Shown: positions 28,788-39,227 of the stretch, one piece after another
Position numbering within the stretch: position 1 is the stretch's first letter
How the letters are laid out: each line of letters opens with the position of its first letter
Source of the DNA: an uncultured Puniceicoccaceae bacterium
GTDB lineage: Bacteria; Verrucomicrobiota; Verrucomicrobiia; Opitutales; Oceanipulchritudinaceae
Direction of reading: 5' to 3'
Length of the DNA stretch: 64,000 bases
Assembly: GCA_963933835.1 (NCBI GenBank)
Contig: CAWVVV010000006.1
Location: 38,681 to 102,680, forward strand
Translations under genes and position numbers: made by a program
The notes under the pieces: generated by a model
What the model saw: the letters and a program-made list of their open reading frames with translations, nothing else
What the model was told of the DNA's origin: nothing
Databases searched by the model: none

Positions 28788-30152
28788 TTACCGGCCGCGC
28801 CCTGAAGTGCGTCCGCCGCGTCCGCCACGGCTGTTCCCACCGCGGCCACCGCCACGAGAGCCACCTTGTCCGCCTCGTCCACCGCCGCCGCCTTGGCCTC
28901 GTCCACCACGTCCGCCACGGTAGCCGCCGCCTTGGCGAGGTTTGCCACCGCCACCGCCGCCTTGTCGGGTGAGTTGGGACGCTGTGCGTGTCTCGATCGA
29001 GGCTGAGTGGAAGGGGTGCTCTTTGTAGGACTCTATTGGCTTACGTGTGAGCTTCAGAATATCGCGAAGAAGGTCGCCGTCTTCTTCAGCACAAAAGGCG
29101 ATCGCCATTCCGGATGCCTCGGCGCGAGCCGTCCGCCCAATACGGTGGATATAGCTCTCGGAGACTTCGGGTAGATCGTAATTAACAATCAAGGACACGC
29201 CTTTGATATCGAGGCCGCGGGCTGCAACATCGGTCGCGACGAGGATAGGGGAGCGGCCGTCGCGGAAACGCTCTAGCGCTGCTTGGCGGGCGTTTTGTGA
29301 TTTGTTCCCATGAATGGCATCGGCGCGGAGCCCAGCCTTGGCAAGGGAGCGGCAAATTTTGTCGGCGCCGTGTTTGGTGCGACTGAAGACGAGAGTGCGG
29401 AAGTCTTTGTCGTTTTCGTTTTGCTCGTTGAGGATGTGCTCAAGGAGCTTGATCTTCATTTTCTGAGGAACGTAGCAGATACGCTGGTCGATCCGGTCCA
29501 CGGTCGGTTTCTCCGGATCGATGCGAACGGTGACCGGCTTGTGGACGATGCCATCAGCAATCTCCTTCATCGCAGGCGAGAGCGTCGCGGAGAAAAAGAG
29601 CGACTGGCGTCGGCCCGGGAGCTCGCGGCAGACGCGGCGCACGTCGGGAAGGAACCCCATGTCGAGCATCTGGTCGACTTCGTCGAGAACGAGATACTGA
29701 GTTCGATCGAGATCGAGGTGTTCTTGTTGAAAAAGGTCTAGGAGGCGTCCGGGCGTTGCTACACAGACGTCAACTCCGCGACGGAGGGCTTTGATCTGCG
29801 GGCCTGCTGATACGCCACCAAAGACGAGCGCACGGCGCAGTTTCAGATACTTCCCGTAGGTTTCGAAGCTTCGCTCTACTTGGACAGCGAGCTCGCGAGT
29901 TGGCACCATAACGAGGGCACGAATTTCATAGTCCTCAAGTTTGTAGGGCTCATTGAGCAGTTGCAGGAGCGGCAAGGCAAAGGCGGCTGTCTTCCCGGTT
30001 CCGGTTTGAGCGCAGCCGATGAGGTCGCGGCCAGCGAGGATAGGCGGGATCGCCTGTGCCTGGATAGGAGAGGGCTTCTTGTAGCCGTTTTCTTCGAGGA
30101 CACGTTGAATTGGCGCGGCCAATTGCAGGTCGGCAAAAGTTACTTCTGACAT
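28788..30152 (-). CDS. DEAD-box RNA helicase (RhlE-like) with RGG tail
   Basis: AQTGTGKT, PTRELA, DEVD, SAT, ARGLD, HRIGRTAR. Confidence 0.96.
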   Translation of the reverse strand: MSEVTFADLQLAAPIQRVLEENGYKKPSPIQAQAIPPILAGRDLIGCAQTGTGKTAAFALPLLQLLNEPYKLEDYEIRALVMVPTRELAVQVERSFETYGKYLKLRRALVFGGVSAGPQIKALRRGVDVCVATPGRLLDLFQQEHLDLDRTQYLVLDEVDQMLDMGFLPDVRRVCRELPGRRQSLFFSATLSPAMKEIADGIVHKPVTVRIDPEKPTVDRIDQRICYVPQKMKIKLLEHILNEQNENDKDFRTLVFSRTKHGADKICRSLAKAGLRADAIHGNKSQNARQAALERFRDGRSPILVATDVAARGLDIKGVSLIVNYDLPEVSESYIHRIGRTARAEASGMAIAFCAEEDGDLLRDILKLTRKPIESYKEHPFHSASIETRTASQLTRQGGGGGGKPRQGGGYRGGRGGRGQGGGGGRGGQGGSRGGGRGGNSRGGRGGRTSGRGR

Positions 30153-30368
30153 CTTATGGTCTTTTTAAGGTGGAAGCCTGCGCGTAAAACGCGTCAGTAG
30201 CTTCGCGGCACGATGAAATGAGGGAGCCCCAGGCGCTCTCTCATCGTTGAAGACCGGTCAGGGATGCGGCTAATTGGGTTGCCCCACAAATCCGCGAAAG
30301 GGGCGGACACTCGCAGGGAATGTTGCAAGCGCAAGCATTAAGTCGGTCCTAAGTTATCCCCTCCGCCC

Positions 30369-31187
30369 CTAGAAAAACGGGTTGTGAGCTCTTTCGTAAT
30401 CGACCGTCGTCAGTCCTGCATGACCAGGGGCGATGATGGTTTCAGGTTCAAGGGTAAGCAGGTGTTCGCTGATCGCTTTGAGCCCATCCTCGTAGGCCTC
30501 TGCCGGTATGCCCCCAACTGATCCAGCGAAAATGGCATCGCCGACGATCGCGATGGGTTTGGTGAGGCCTCGCACGATATAACTGAGGCCGTCGTGAGCA
30601 TGACCACGGGTTGGCTTTACCGCGATATCGAGTCCTGCGATGTTGAGGACTTCAACGCCTTCTAAAGTAGTTTGATGGGACGCCTTGCTTAGGGGAGGTC
30701 CGTAAACGGCCATCTCTGGAAAATAAGCGATGAGCTCCTCAAGAACGACTATATGATCCCAATGGGTATGCGTTACACAGAGGGCTTTGAGATCCCGTTC
30801 GCCGAGGGCATCTAGGATGGCGCTGAGGCTCGTCCCAGTGTCGAAGAGAACCGCCTCGTTGCGCTCAGGCTGGTGAAGAAGGAACGCATTCACCTGCATT
30901 TCCTCGTAGCCTTGCGTTGGCGCTGGGGTGTCGATGCGGGTGAACCCGTCAACGGCGTCCACTTTGGGCGCATAGGTTCCCTGATGGACTTTCCACAGCC
31001 CGTCGGCTTGCAACCCTAGAAAGGGCGAAATCGAACGGATGGTGGCTTCGTCAGGCTCTCCCGTGCGGGCAGCGCGCACGGCTGCGGGTTCAAGCTGAGT
31101 GCGCGCGGCAAGTTGGCTCGTGGAGATGCCAAGGCCCCGTTGGGCTTTGCTCACGATGTCTGACAGTTCGTCTTCAATTTCTGGCAT
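30369..31187 (-). CDS. Metallo-beta-lactamase-fold hydrolase
   Basis: THTHWDH, GH, GDAIFAGS.G, PGH, E...NPF. Confidence 0.9.
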   Translation of the reverse strand: MPEIEDELSDIVSKAQRGLGISTSQLAARTQLEPAAVRAARTGEPDEATIRSISPFLGLQADGLWKVHQGTYAPKVDAVDGFTRIDTPAPTQGYEEMQVNAFLLHQPERNEAVLFDTGTSLSAILDALGERDLKALCVTHTHWDHIVVLEELIAYFPEMAVYGPPLSKASHQTTLEGVEVLNIAGLDIAVKPTRGHAHDGLSYIVRGLTKPIAIVGDAIFAGSVGGIPAEAYEDGLKAISEHLLTLEPETIIAPGHAGLTTVDYERAHNPFF

Positions 31188-31347
31188 GGGTTGAGGATGC
31201 GATGGGTATCGTCGTGAGCAAGTGTTCGGTCACTTTTCGTCCTTGATGAATTTTTAGCCAATGGCGGAGGTAAAAGCCTTAGATGGAGTGAAATTCTGCA
31301 CCTTTGTGCGGATTCAAGTTCACCGCTTCGTTCTGCTGCCGATGTGG

Positions 31348-31929
31348 CTACTGGGATATGATATATAGGCACCTAGAATGCCTGTCCATTTTTCGCACAC
31401 TCGCTTGGGTGCTTGCGGTGGTTTTTTGCGCATTCTCATTGCTCGAGCCAGCGACGCGAATGAGGCCTTGTTGCTGTAGCTCGGTGAGAGTCTCCATCGT
31501 TTCTTCGTAGCCGAAATCCGCATCAGGCCAATGCGTCTGGTAGAGATCGATGTAGTCGGTTTGAAGGCGGCGCAGGCTGCCTTCGATCGCAGTTCGGATA
31601 CTGTGGCGATCGAGGGTTGTTTTTCCGTGGCGCACAGGTGGCTTGAACCAGCCATGGCCAGGCCCGACGACTTTTGTTGCCATGTAGATCGCATCGCGGG
31701 GTTTAGTTTTGAGCCAGCGCCCAACAATCTCTTCGCAGGTGTGCACCCATTCGGGTTTAGGTGGGACAGGATAGATTTCAGCTGTATCGAAAAAATCTAT
31801 ACCGGCGTCAAAGGCTCTATCCAAGATAGCAAAGGCTTCCTTTTCAGTGTTTTGAGACCCAAAAGTCATTGTTCCCATGCAGAGCTCGGAAACTACAATC
31901 CCTGTGCTACCTAATCGTCGATATTGCAT
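31348..31929 (-). pseudogene. Aldo/keto reductase (Tas-like), C-terminal half missing
   Basis: [39 protein letters not shown]; similarity ends abruptly near 31428. Confidence 0.8.
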
Positions 31930-32018
31930 GCCGAAAATTTTCTCTTTGTCGAAAGCCTTGGCAAGGGAAAGGGGCGATTCCTCTTCATTGGGCCACCATT
32001 TTCCGCTAGATGGGAAAA

Positions 32019-32095
32019 TGGTAGGAGATACTGGAGTTGAACCAGCGACCTCTTGCATGTCATGCAAGCGCTCTAACCAACTGAGCTAATCTCCC
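32019..32095 (-). tRNA. tRNA-Val(GAC)
   Basis: GGGAGATTAGCTCAGTTGGTTAGAGCG..CTTGC-ATGACAT-GCAAG..GGTTCAACTCC..ACCA. Confidence 0.97.
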
Positions 32096-32173
32096 GTTGA
32101 TTTCGTCTCTTAAGACGAAAGGGTTGAAAAAATGCCCCTCCGCATATCTCTTTCAAGCTAATAATCAGAATCT

Positions 32174-33838
32174 ATGCTCCAATTACTCAAGATACGTGGT
32201 TTAGCCCTGCTCAAAGAGGTTTCTCTGGAATTTGAATCCGGCTTTACGGCGGTCACAGGTGAGACGGGGGCTGGTAAGAGCGTTCTTCTGGGTGCTTTTA
32301 ACCTTCTCGCTGGTGGCCGAGTCAGTAAAACGATCATTCGAGAGGGTGATGACGAGTGCTCCGTCGAAGGTGTCTTGTGGTTCGAAGACTCAAAAGTGGT
32401 CGATGGAGCCTTGGAAAAGCTGGGATTGTCGCCATGCGAGGACGGTACGCTTGTCTTGAGTCGGACAGTTTTGCGCTCACGTGCACCACGTATCCGCATC
32501 AACGGTAACTTAGCGACTGTTGGTAATTTGCAGGTGATTGGGGAGCAGTGGATTGATTTTCATGGTCCCGGCGAACCTCAGAAGCTACTGCATGAGCGCC
32601 ATCAGCTTGCTCTTCTCGACTCGTTTGCGAAGAACAAGTCTTTACGGCTTTCTTATGCCGAGATTTACGAGGCCTGGTTAGCGTCGATTGATGAGCTTGA
32701 GCGTATACGATCTGCGGAGCAGCTTGCGCCTGAGGAAGCGGAGTTTCTGCAGATACAGATCGAATCGATCGATCTTCTCGAGCTGTCTGCTGAACGCGTT
32801 GAATCGCTAGAGCGGGATTACCTACTGGTGACAAATGGGCAGGCGCTGCGCGAGGCTGGCGCTGCACTTTCGAGTTTACTCAATGGAGATGACGGTGTCT
32901 CGGGGCAGATTTCATCTGGTTTAGGTCAGGCGCGTGAGTTGGCTTCGATCGATGGGCAGACGCTCCCTCTTGCAGATCGCTTAGAGTCTCTCCTCCTCGA
33001 AGCTGAGGATCTTGCGCAGGAGTATGGTGCGTTGGCTGAAGGCTCGAATTTTGATGAAGAGACGGCGACTCAGGTTTTAGGCGATATGGAAGCGTGGCTT
33101 GGACTGCGCCGTAAGTATGGCGGAACGGTCGAAAGCGTCCTAAGTCGTCGAGATGAGCTGGCTTTAAAACTGGGGAGTCAGGCCGATATCGAGGGAACCG
33201 TTACTCGCCTTGAGACGTTGATCGCAGAACAAGAGCAGGCTCTTTTAGAGGTCGGGGAAAAATTGCGTGGTAGTCGCCTAAAGACAGCCAAGAAGCTGAG
33301 CAAAGAAAGCCTCGGTTTGCTCAAGAAGCTGGGGTTTGCCAAAGCCCGTTTTGCGATCGAGGTTGCGCGTTTGGCCAAACCAGTGCGCTCCGGAACGTCG
33401 AGTTGTCAGTTTACCTTTGCTCCAAATCCGGGCGGCGAGCTTTTGCCTCTTGGCGAGATTGCTTCAAGCGGTGAAATCGCTCGCGTCATGCTCGCACTCA
33501 AAGCGATTTTGGCTCGGGAAGATGCGACTCCAGTCCTCGTCTTCGATGAGGTCGACGCGAATGTGGGTGGCGAAGTAGCGGCAGTGGTGGGGCGTGAGCT
33601 CGCACAGCTTGCCGAGCACGGGCACCAAGTCTTCTGCATCACGCACTTGCCTCAGGTCGCCGCAACAGGGCGCGCACACTTCGTCGTAACGAAAGAGCAG
33701 GGTGACAACTACACGAATGTCATCATTTCCCGCTTGGACGATTCTGATGATGCAAGACTTGATGAGCTCAGTCGCATGCTTGGTGACCGTCGCTCAGAAA
33801 GCGCCCGGGAACATGCCCGCGAGCTTTTGGCGCGCTAA
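32174..33838 (+). CDS. recN: DNA repair protein RecN
   Basis: TGETGAGKS, ASSGEIAR, FDEVDANVGG, CITHLPQVAA. Confidence 0.95.
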   Translation: MLQLLKIRGLALLKEVSLEFESGFTAVTGETGAGKSVLLGAFNLLAGGRVSKTIIREGDDECSVEGVLWFEDSKVVDGALEKLGLSPCEDGTLVLSRTVLRSRAPRIRINGNLATVGNLQVIGEQWIDFHGPGEPQKLLHERHQLALLDSFAKNKSLRLSYAEIYEAWLASIDELERIRSAEQLAPEEAEFLQIQIESIDLLELSAERVESLERDYLLVTNGQALREAGAALSSLLNGDDGVSGQISSGLGQARELASIDGQTLPLADRLESLLLEAEDLAQEYGALAEGSNFDEETATQVLGDMEAWLGLRRKYGGTVESVLSRRDELALKLGSQADIEGTVTRLETLIAEQEQALLEVGEKLRGSRLKTAKKLSKESLGLLKKLGFAKARFAIEVARLAKPVRSGTSSCQFTFAPNPGGELLPLGEIASSGEIARVMLALKAILAREDATPVLVFDEVDANVGGEVAAVVGRELAQLAEHGHQVFCITHLPQVAATGRAHFVVTKEQGDNYTNVIISRLDDSDDARLDELSRMLGDRRSESAREHARELLAR

Positions 33839-33852
33839 GCGCCATGTCTTCA

Positions 33853-34152
33853 CTACGGTGCCTCGGCCGACGCATGCCCAAGATCTTTTTCCGGATCAAT
33901 GTAAGGCAGGAGTCGTTGTTTGAGTGTTTTCGGATCGGGAAAGCCACCATCTGCTTTGCGCTCCCAGACTACGGCGTCTCCGACGCGTATGAAAAAGGCA
34001 CCGGATTCCGCCGTGACGAGGGCCACTTCGGCGATCGCCTCGCCGTAGGTTGAGAAGAGCTCTTGGGCCATCCATCCGGCGCGAAGCCACCAACGGCAGC
34101 CGGGGCAGAAGTGAATTTCAATCCTAGGTTTTTGCGGCATCTCATCAGTCAT
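33853..34152 (-). CDS. SelT/SelW/SelH (Rdx) family protein, Cys form
   Basis: I.FCPGCRW.LRA.WMAQEL, WERK.DGGFP..K.LKQ, DPEKDLGH. Confidence 0.9.
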   Translation of the reverse strand: MTDEMPQKPRIEIHFCPGCRWWLRAGWMAQELFSTYGEAIAEVALVTAESGAFFIRVGDAVVWERKADGGFPDPKTLKQRLLPYIDPEKDLGHASAEAP

Positions 34153-34161
34153 GTGATGAAC

Positions 34162-34201
34162 AAAAAAGAAAGCCGCCCTCGCATCAAGCAAGGGCGGCTT
34201 T
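34162..34201 (-). terminator. Intrinsic terminator of the TonB/TPR operon
   Basis: AAAGCCGCCCT...AGGGCGGCTTT with an A-run on the + strand. Confidence 0.8.
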
Positions 34202-34228
34202 GAAAAGCTAAAGATACTTCGGAGGAGT

Positions 34229-35725
34229 CTAGCGACCTTCCGAAACGCGGCGGATCATCTCGATGTAATTCGCAATGCGTTCATGACGCTCGATCCTCTG
34301 TGCTTCTTCGAGCGCTTTGAGTGCTTCGCGGAGACGGCGCTCGCGGGTAAGCAGCTGACCTTCGCCAACATACGCTAAGCGTGTCGATTCAGCATCGCCT
34401 GGGCCATCGCGTTTGATGAGCTCTTGAGCACGCTGGTAGTAGACGAGGGCGAGTTCAACCGCTTCAATGCGCTCTTTGTCGTCTGCTGGGCGGAGGCGAC
34501 CATAGTATTGGCCGAGGCTCAAGAGAGCACGCGCATTGAGAGGATCGATACTTAAGATGTCCTTGAGGTTTTGAACTGCGCGAACGTCATCACCCAAGGC
34601 AATGTTGATTTCTGAGCGAAGCGCCAAAATATTATTCCTCTCATCGTCAGTCAGAATGCTTTCGTAAGCTGCTTCGATTTCGTCGAGGAGATCGCGGCCG
34701 AGCTCGTATGCTTGGAAGTTGTTTAGCGTCTCAACCGATTGGATGAACTCAGGGAGAGCAGTGAGGGTGATAGCATTCTCAGTCTCAGCGAGGTGGAGGC
34801 CTTCGCTGTAAGCTTGGGTGGCGTCTTCGACCATGCCCTTGTTTACATAGACGTCGCCGAGGAGACCCATCGTTCTTGAGTTCGCTTCGCCCATCAAGCG
34901 GACGACTTCGAGACGATTTGCTGCCTCATCTATCTGTTGATTTTGGATGAAGGTGTTTCCGATCATCAACCAGATGTCAGCATCGTCGGGGTCCTTCTCA
35001 AGGAGCTCTTCGAATACGTTCTGAGCCTCTTCAAAGCGCTCTTGTTGGAAGAGTGCGTAAGCGAGAATGGTGCGGGACTCCTTGATCTCAGGCGCCATCA
35101 TGATTGCTTGGCGAGCAGCAGTCTCAGCAGCGACATAGAGGTTGCGGTCAAAGTAGAGCTTTGCGAGTAGGATATAAGTAGCGGCTTCCTTGTCGCCTAG
35201 CTCGATTGACTTGGCGAAGTGCTTGAGTGCTTTGTCAATCGATGCGTTATCGCCCATTTGAAAGTAGAGACGGGCGAGATTCTTGTGTGCTTGGCGGTAA
35301 TTCGGGAAAACTACGGTCGCTTGGTTGAGGAACTTGATAGCCTGCATCTGATACGAACGGACGCTGCTTTGGTTCTTTACCATGCTAGAAAGGCGGAAGT
35401 AGATCGATCCAATGATTTGTTGGATGACTCCAGTCGTCTTCGAGTCACTCGTCGCTTGGCTTGTTACGAACAGCGTCAGAGCCTGTGCGCCGGCTTCGAG
35501 CTGAGTCATTTGATCCGATTGCAGCATAGGCGCAATCTCTTGGATCTTTGTGATTTCTTCAGAGTTAGGCTTGGGGCTGATGTCTGGATCAACTCCGTAG
35601 CTGGCAATGATGGACTTGATGAAAGTGGGGCTTTGGAGGAACTCCTGAATCTCTGGGCCGCTCGACTGAGCTTGGGCGATGGACCCGGCTCCGAGGGCGC
35701 ATAACAGTGTGAGGTATTTCTTCAT
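34229..35725 (-). CDS. Exported TPR protein (TtpD-like position)
   Basis: Signal peptide, several TPR-like repeats, last gene of the TonB operon. Confidence 0.85.
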   Translation of the reverse strand: MKKYLTLLCALGAGSIAQAQSSGPEIQEFLQSPTFIKSIIASYGVDPDISPKPNSEEITKIQEIAPMLQSDQMTQLEAGAQALTLFVTSQATSDSKTTGVIQQIIGSIYFRLSSMVKNQSSVRSYQMQAIKFLNQATVVFPNYRQAHKNLARLYFQMGDNASIDKALKHFAKSIELGDKEAATYILLAKLYFDRNLYVAAETAARQAIMMAPEIKESRTILAYALFQQERFEEAQNVFEELLEKDPDDADIWLMIGNTFIQNQQIDEAANRLEVVRLMGEANSRTMGLLGDVYVNKGMVEDATQAYSEGLHLAETENAITLTALPEFIQSVETLNNFQAYELGRDLLDEIEAAYESILTDDERNNILALRSEINIALGDDVRAVQNLKDILSIDPLNARALLSLGQYYGRLRPADDKERIEAVELALVYYQRAQELIKRDGPGDAESTRLAYVGEGQLLTRERRLREALKALEEAQRIERHERIANYIEMIRRVSEGR

Positions 35726-35821
35726 GGATGTTAAAAATTTAGTGTGTGAGGAGGAATGACGACTGGCTTATTCTTCTAGGGCGTTAGATCTAAGGGAATT
35801 TCGGGTCAGGCAAAAAGAAGG

Positions 35822-36472
35822 TTACCTTGCGTTGAAGGGAATTGGAATTCGGACGCGGGTGCTGACTGCTTTGCCGTCTTTTTCACCCGGTTTAAAGCGC
35901 CATCTTTGCACAGCGCGACGGGTCGATTCATCGAAGCCGGAATTGGTCGATTTCGTGATTCGGATTTTGTCGGTGCGGCCATCCGGACGCACTACAAACT
36001 CTACCATGACTTCGCCACTGATCTTATTGCGGCGAAGGTCGGGTGGGTAGATGGGTGAGGATTGTTCAATTACTTCTGGGCGAACGCTCAGGTCTTTGAT
36101 TTCAAAAATGAGGTCATCGAGTTCGCTCTTAATACTGTAGGCGTCGACTGTGAAGTCACCCGAAGCGAGTCCGCTAACATCAGCGTTCATCGCGATCTCA
36201 AGTTGTTCGAGGGTCGGAGGTTCGACGTCTTCTTCGAGTTCTTCGATTTCCTCTTCTTCAATCTCTTCTTCAGGTGGTTCTTGAAGATCGATGAGTTGAG
36301 GCGGTTCCATGATGGTGATTTCCGCCGATTTGTCCGTGGCCGAAAACCCAACGGATAACATCTGGGAAACAGCCAGAAGAAAGAAAACGCCAACACCGAA
36401 AGCAAAAGCGATGAGGAATGGAGAAGCGATTGAAGCGCTTAGCTCAGGCGGGTTTGTGTTGTTTTGTGCCAT
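35822..36472 (-). CDS. tonB: Energy transducer TonB
   Basis: N-terminal TM, E/P-rich linker, P.YP...G.V.VEFVV..DG, WRFKPG. Confidence 0.92.
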   Translation of the reverse strand: MAQNNTNPPELSASIASPFLIAFAFGVGVFFLLAVSQMLSVGFSATDKSAEITIMEPPQLIDLQEPPEEEIEEEEIEELEEDVEPPTLEQLEIAMNADVSGLASGDFTVDAYSIKSELDDLIFEIKDLSVRPEVIEQSSPIYPPDLRRNKISGEVMVEFVVRPDGRTDKIRITKSTNSGFDESTRRAVQRWRFKPGEKDGKAVSTRVRIPIPFNAR

Positions 36473-36486
36473 GATTCGCGTCGCTC

Positions 36487-36897
36487 CTATTTCTTTTGGG
36501 TAGAGATGTTCACGGTCGCTTTCGGCGAAGCGAGTTTCGCTTCGTCAATGACGCGAATGACGACATGAGCAGGCGCACCACGGTCGGATTGGATGATGAT
36601 GGGCATATCGCCGTCAGCATTATTTCGGGTGACAATGCTGCGAACAGACGGAATGCCGACTTCGTCCCCGCCATAGTGGACTTTTCCTTCGTCAGTGATG
36701 GCAATAAGTAACGCATTTTGCTCAAGTTTGGCTGCTGTGTTCGCGAACTCGCGTACCACTTCAACACCCGGCTCCTGTACAAATACGGTCGTGACGATGA
36801 AAAAGATAAGGAGGATGAACACCATATCGATCATCGGGGAGATATCGATATCGGAGACGTCTGCTCCGTCTTCGCTTAGAGATCCTCGTTTGCTCAT
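36487..36897 (-). CDS. exbD: ExbD/TolR family protein
   Basis: ISPMIDMVFILLIFFIVTT. Confidence 0.95.
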   Translation of the reverse strand: MSKRGSLSEDGADVSDIDISPMIDMVFILLIFFIVTTVFVQEPGVEVVREFANTAAKLEQNALLIAITDEGKVHYGGDEVGIPSVRSIVTRNNADGDMPIIIQSDRGAPAHVVIRVIDEAKLASPKATVNISTQKK

Positions 36898-37772
36898 GCT
36901 TGGACCTGTTTTGAACGGTGAATGCGTTTCACGATGAGCGATTCAAGCTCAGTGAGGAAAACGCCGTAATTGTTTCGGCTGGCAATTGCGAGGGCCACGA
37001 AGATGTAGCCGGGAATCGCAATGGTTAGACCCGTCTGAGTGGTGACGAGCGCAACTCTGATACCATTGGCCACGAGTTCTGCAGCCTGTCCGCTGGATTC
37101 GCTGAGACCTCGAAAGGTGTCGAGCATACCGATAACCGTTCCAAGCAGTCCCATGAGAGGGGCCAATGTAACGAGCGCGCTGAGGACTGAGATTCGGCGA
37201 TTGATCTCTGGGATCATTCCAGAACGAACCGCTTCGAGGCGATCGACGGATTCATCGTTGAGCTCGCGACCGACAATAAAGCGGACGATTTCACCGATGT
37301 GTCCAGGGGCTTGCTCGGGGTGTTGCACCCAAGGTTCCCATGTCGCCTGAGTGAGAACGCGCTTTTGGCACATTTTCATTGTAGCGAGAGCGACCCAAAG
37401 GCCGGGGTTTACGATCAGGCCGAAGGCAATGACGGCTCCTAAGTGACCTAAGCCCATCGTTTGACCATCTCCTATGCCCATCCCAATCAAGCTGAGAATA
37501 AAGGACTTCGCGGTGAGAGCTAAAACAGGGTTAAGGGCGCCAAAGAAAGCACAGGCAGTCCACCAGAATGGCATCGCGAGGCGCGCTTTGTCCAAACGGA
37601 CGACGAGCGAAATAGCCTCAAAAAAGATGAACAGAACGAGGATGAAGAGGAATGGCATGAGCCAGCCTCCATCCGTCCACGTGTTCAACGTGAGCTCCCA
37701 GAAGTCACCGAAGTTCTTTACTCCGATGTCAGTCTCGGAGGCGGGAGCGGTTTGAGCGAGGGCGGTCAACAT
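36894..37772 (-). CDS. exbB: MotA/TolQ/ExbB proton channel with extra TM insert
   Basis: APLMGLLGTVIGM, ALVTTQTGL. Confidence 0.92.
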   Translation of the reverse strand: MLTALAQTAPASETDIGVKNFGDFWELTLNTWTDGGWLMPFLFILVLFIFFEAISLVVRLDKARLAMPFWWTACAFFGALNPVLALTAKSFILSLIGMGIGDGQTMGLGHLGAVIAFGLIVNPGLWVALATMKMCQKRVLTQATWEPWVQHPEQAPGHIGEIVRFIVGRELNDESVDRLEAVRSGMIPEINRRISVLSALVTLAPLMGLLGTVIGMLDTFRGLSESSGQAAELVANGIRVALVTTQTGLTIAIPGYIFVALAIASRNNYGVFLTELESLIVKRIHRSKQVQA

Positions 37773-37792
37773 ATCGGAGTCTCCGTTGCTGA

Positions 37793-39208
37793 CTAGTCCT
37801 TGTTAGACTCACGAATCTCGGTCAGGCCGTTGATGAAACCGACTCCGGATTGCTCCAAGCTGGTCACCAGACCCTTCGCGATTCTGTTTGCGAAAGCATG
37901 CAGTGTGAGTGTCGGGATCGCCGTTATAAGACCCCACTTAGTGGTGATCAGAGCTTCGGATATACCTGAGGAGAGCCCTTGGGCATCACCCGTTCCGATG
38001 ATCGTAATGAGCTTAAAGGTGTTGATCATACCCGTAACCGTTCCGAGCAGTCCGAGGAGCGGCGCGACAGCGGCGATCAAGGCGACGACTGGGAGGAGTT
38101 GCTCAAGCTTCGGCTGATTCTTGACGATGACTTCGTAGATGACCTCTTCGATCACTTCCTTGTCTTCTTCAGCAGACTCGACCGCAGCGGTGAGGAGCTC
38201 GCCAGCTGGGCCTTTAATGCTTTTTGCGTGGGAGAGAGCAGCATCCTTGTTGCCCTCGCGGAGGTGGTGCAGAACGGCCTGCAGGTCTGCTTCGCGAGCC
38301 TTTTTCACCAACAAGAGGGTGATGATCTTAAAGATACCAATGAAGCAACCAATCACGAGACAGACGACGATGATCGGCATGACCCAGCCCCCCGCTTCAA
38401 ATTCTTCGACGAGTGAAAGCTCTGTATCGAGCGCTTTTGGCGCTTGAAGGTCGCCGCCACGAGATGAACCAGTGGCGTCGAGAGGTGCTGTGCCGGCCTT
38501 TGTAGAAGTCAGCGCAGCAATGCCTACATTTGCTTCAGGGAGACTGTAGACATTCGGAATGTTGGAATTTGCCTTCATCCCCAACACGATGCCTGCGGAT
38601 TCTCCGCTGGAGAAGAATGTGTTCGGCCCGAGGAGGGCGAAGTCACCATCGAGAATCTCGCCGCCGAGAACACCTTGGCCCGACACCACACTACCGCCGA
38701 TGAGGCTGGAGATACGGTTGAGGGATAGGTCGATAGCAGAAAGCTGGGTTGTGAAAATCTCTCCCTGATCCACTTCGACACCGTCTTCGGAATCAACAAT
38801 CTCGAGCGCTTTGCGAATCGTGTCTTGGTAAGTCGCAACTTCAGCCGGATCGAGGGTGAGGTTCAGGCGACGGATGTATTCGTTCAACAGCGTGGATTGT
38901 ATGTAGCTGTTGGTATCTTCGAGGCTAGCGATTTCACGGTCGAGTTGGTTGACTTCGACGCCTTGTGTATCGGCAATGCGCTGGGCATTGGCAGCTTCAG
39001 ACTGAAGCTTGCGAAGTTCTTCCTCTAGGAGAGCGAGCTTAGCTCCAAGTTCCGCCTTTGCAGGTGCAATATCATCATGGAGGGTCGCAAGCTCTTCGAT
39101 CGCTACAGCGCGCCGCGTTTCGGCTTTTCCGGAAGCGACGGTGAACTGGGCGTGGGAGAAAGTGGCAGCGGCCGCAAAGCCGAGGGTAAGGTAAAGGGAT
39201 GGTTTCAT
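37793..39208 (-). CDS. Large ExbB-like (TtpC-type) proton channel protein
   Basis: Signal peptide + periplasmic coiled coil + APLLGLLGTVTGMI, GISEALITT. Confidence 0.9.
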   Translation of the reverse strand: MKPSLYLTLGFAAAATFSHAQFTVASGKAETRRAVAIEELATLHDDIAPAKAELGAKLALLEEELRKLQSEAANAQRIADTQGVEVNQLDREIASLEDTNSYIQSTLLNEYIRRLNLTLDPAEVATYQDTIRKALEIVDSEDGVEVDQGEIFTTQLSAIDLSLNRISSLIGGSVVSGQGVLGGEILDGDFALLGPNTFFSSGESAGIVLGMKANSNIPNVYSLPEANVGIAALTSTKAGTAPLDATGSSRGGDLQAPKALDTELSLVEEFEAGGWVMPIIVVCLVIGCFIGIFKIITLLLVKKAREADLQAVLHHLREGNKDAALSHAKSIKGPAGELLTAAVESAEEDKEVIEEVIYEVIVKNQPKLEQLLPVVALIAAVAPLLGLLGTVTGMINTFKLITIIGTGDAQGLSSGISEALITTKWGLITAIPTLTLHAFANRIAKGLVTSLEQSGVGFINGLTEIRESNKD

Positions 39209-39227
39209 CTCGATAAAGTTTTAGGGA

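Noticed and set aside
31930..32067. N-terminal extensions in the ORF track (AKR through the tRNA; also glmM, trpD, ybeY, def, gatC)
   Set aside because: They overlap a tRNA or neighbouring genes; downstream ATGs match the family N-termini.
33853..34152. Selenoprotein recoding in the Rdx-family or YHS genes
   Set aside because: Both have Cys codons at the motif and no in-frame TGA.
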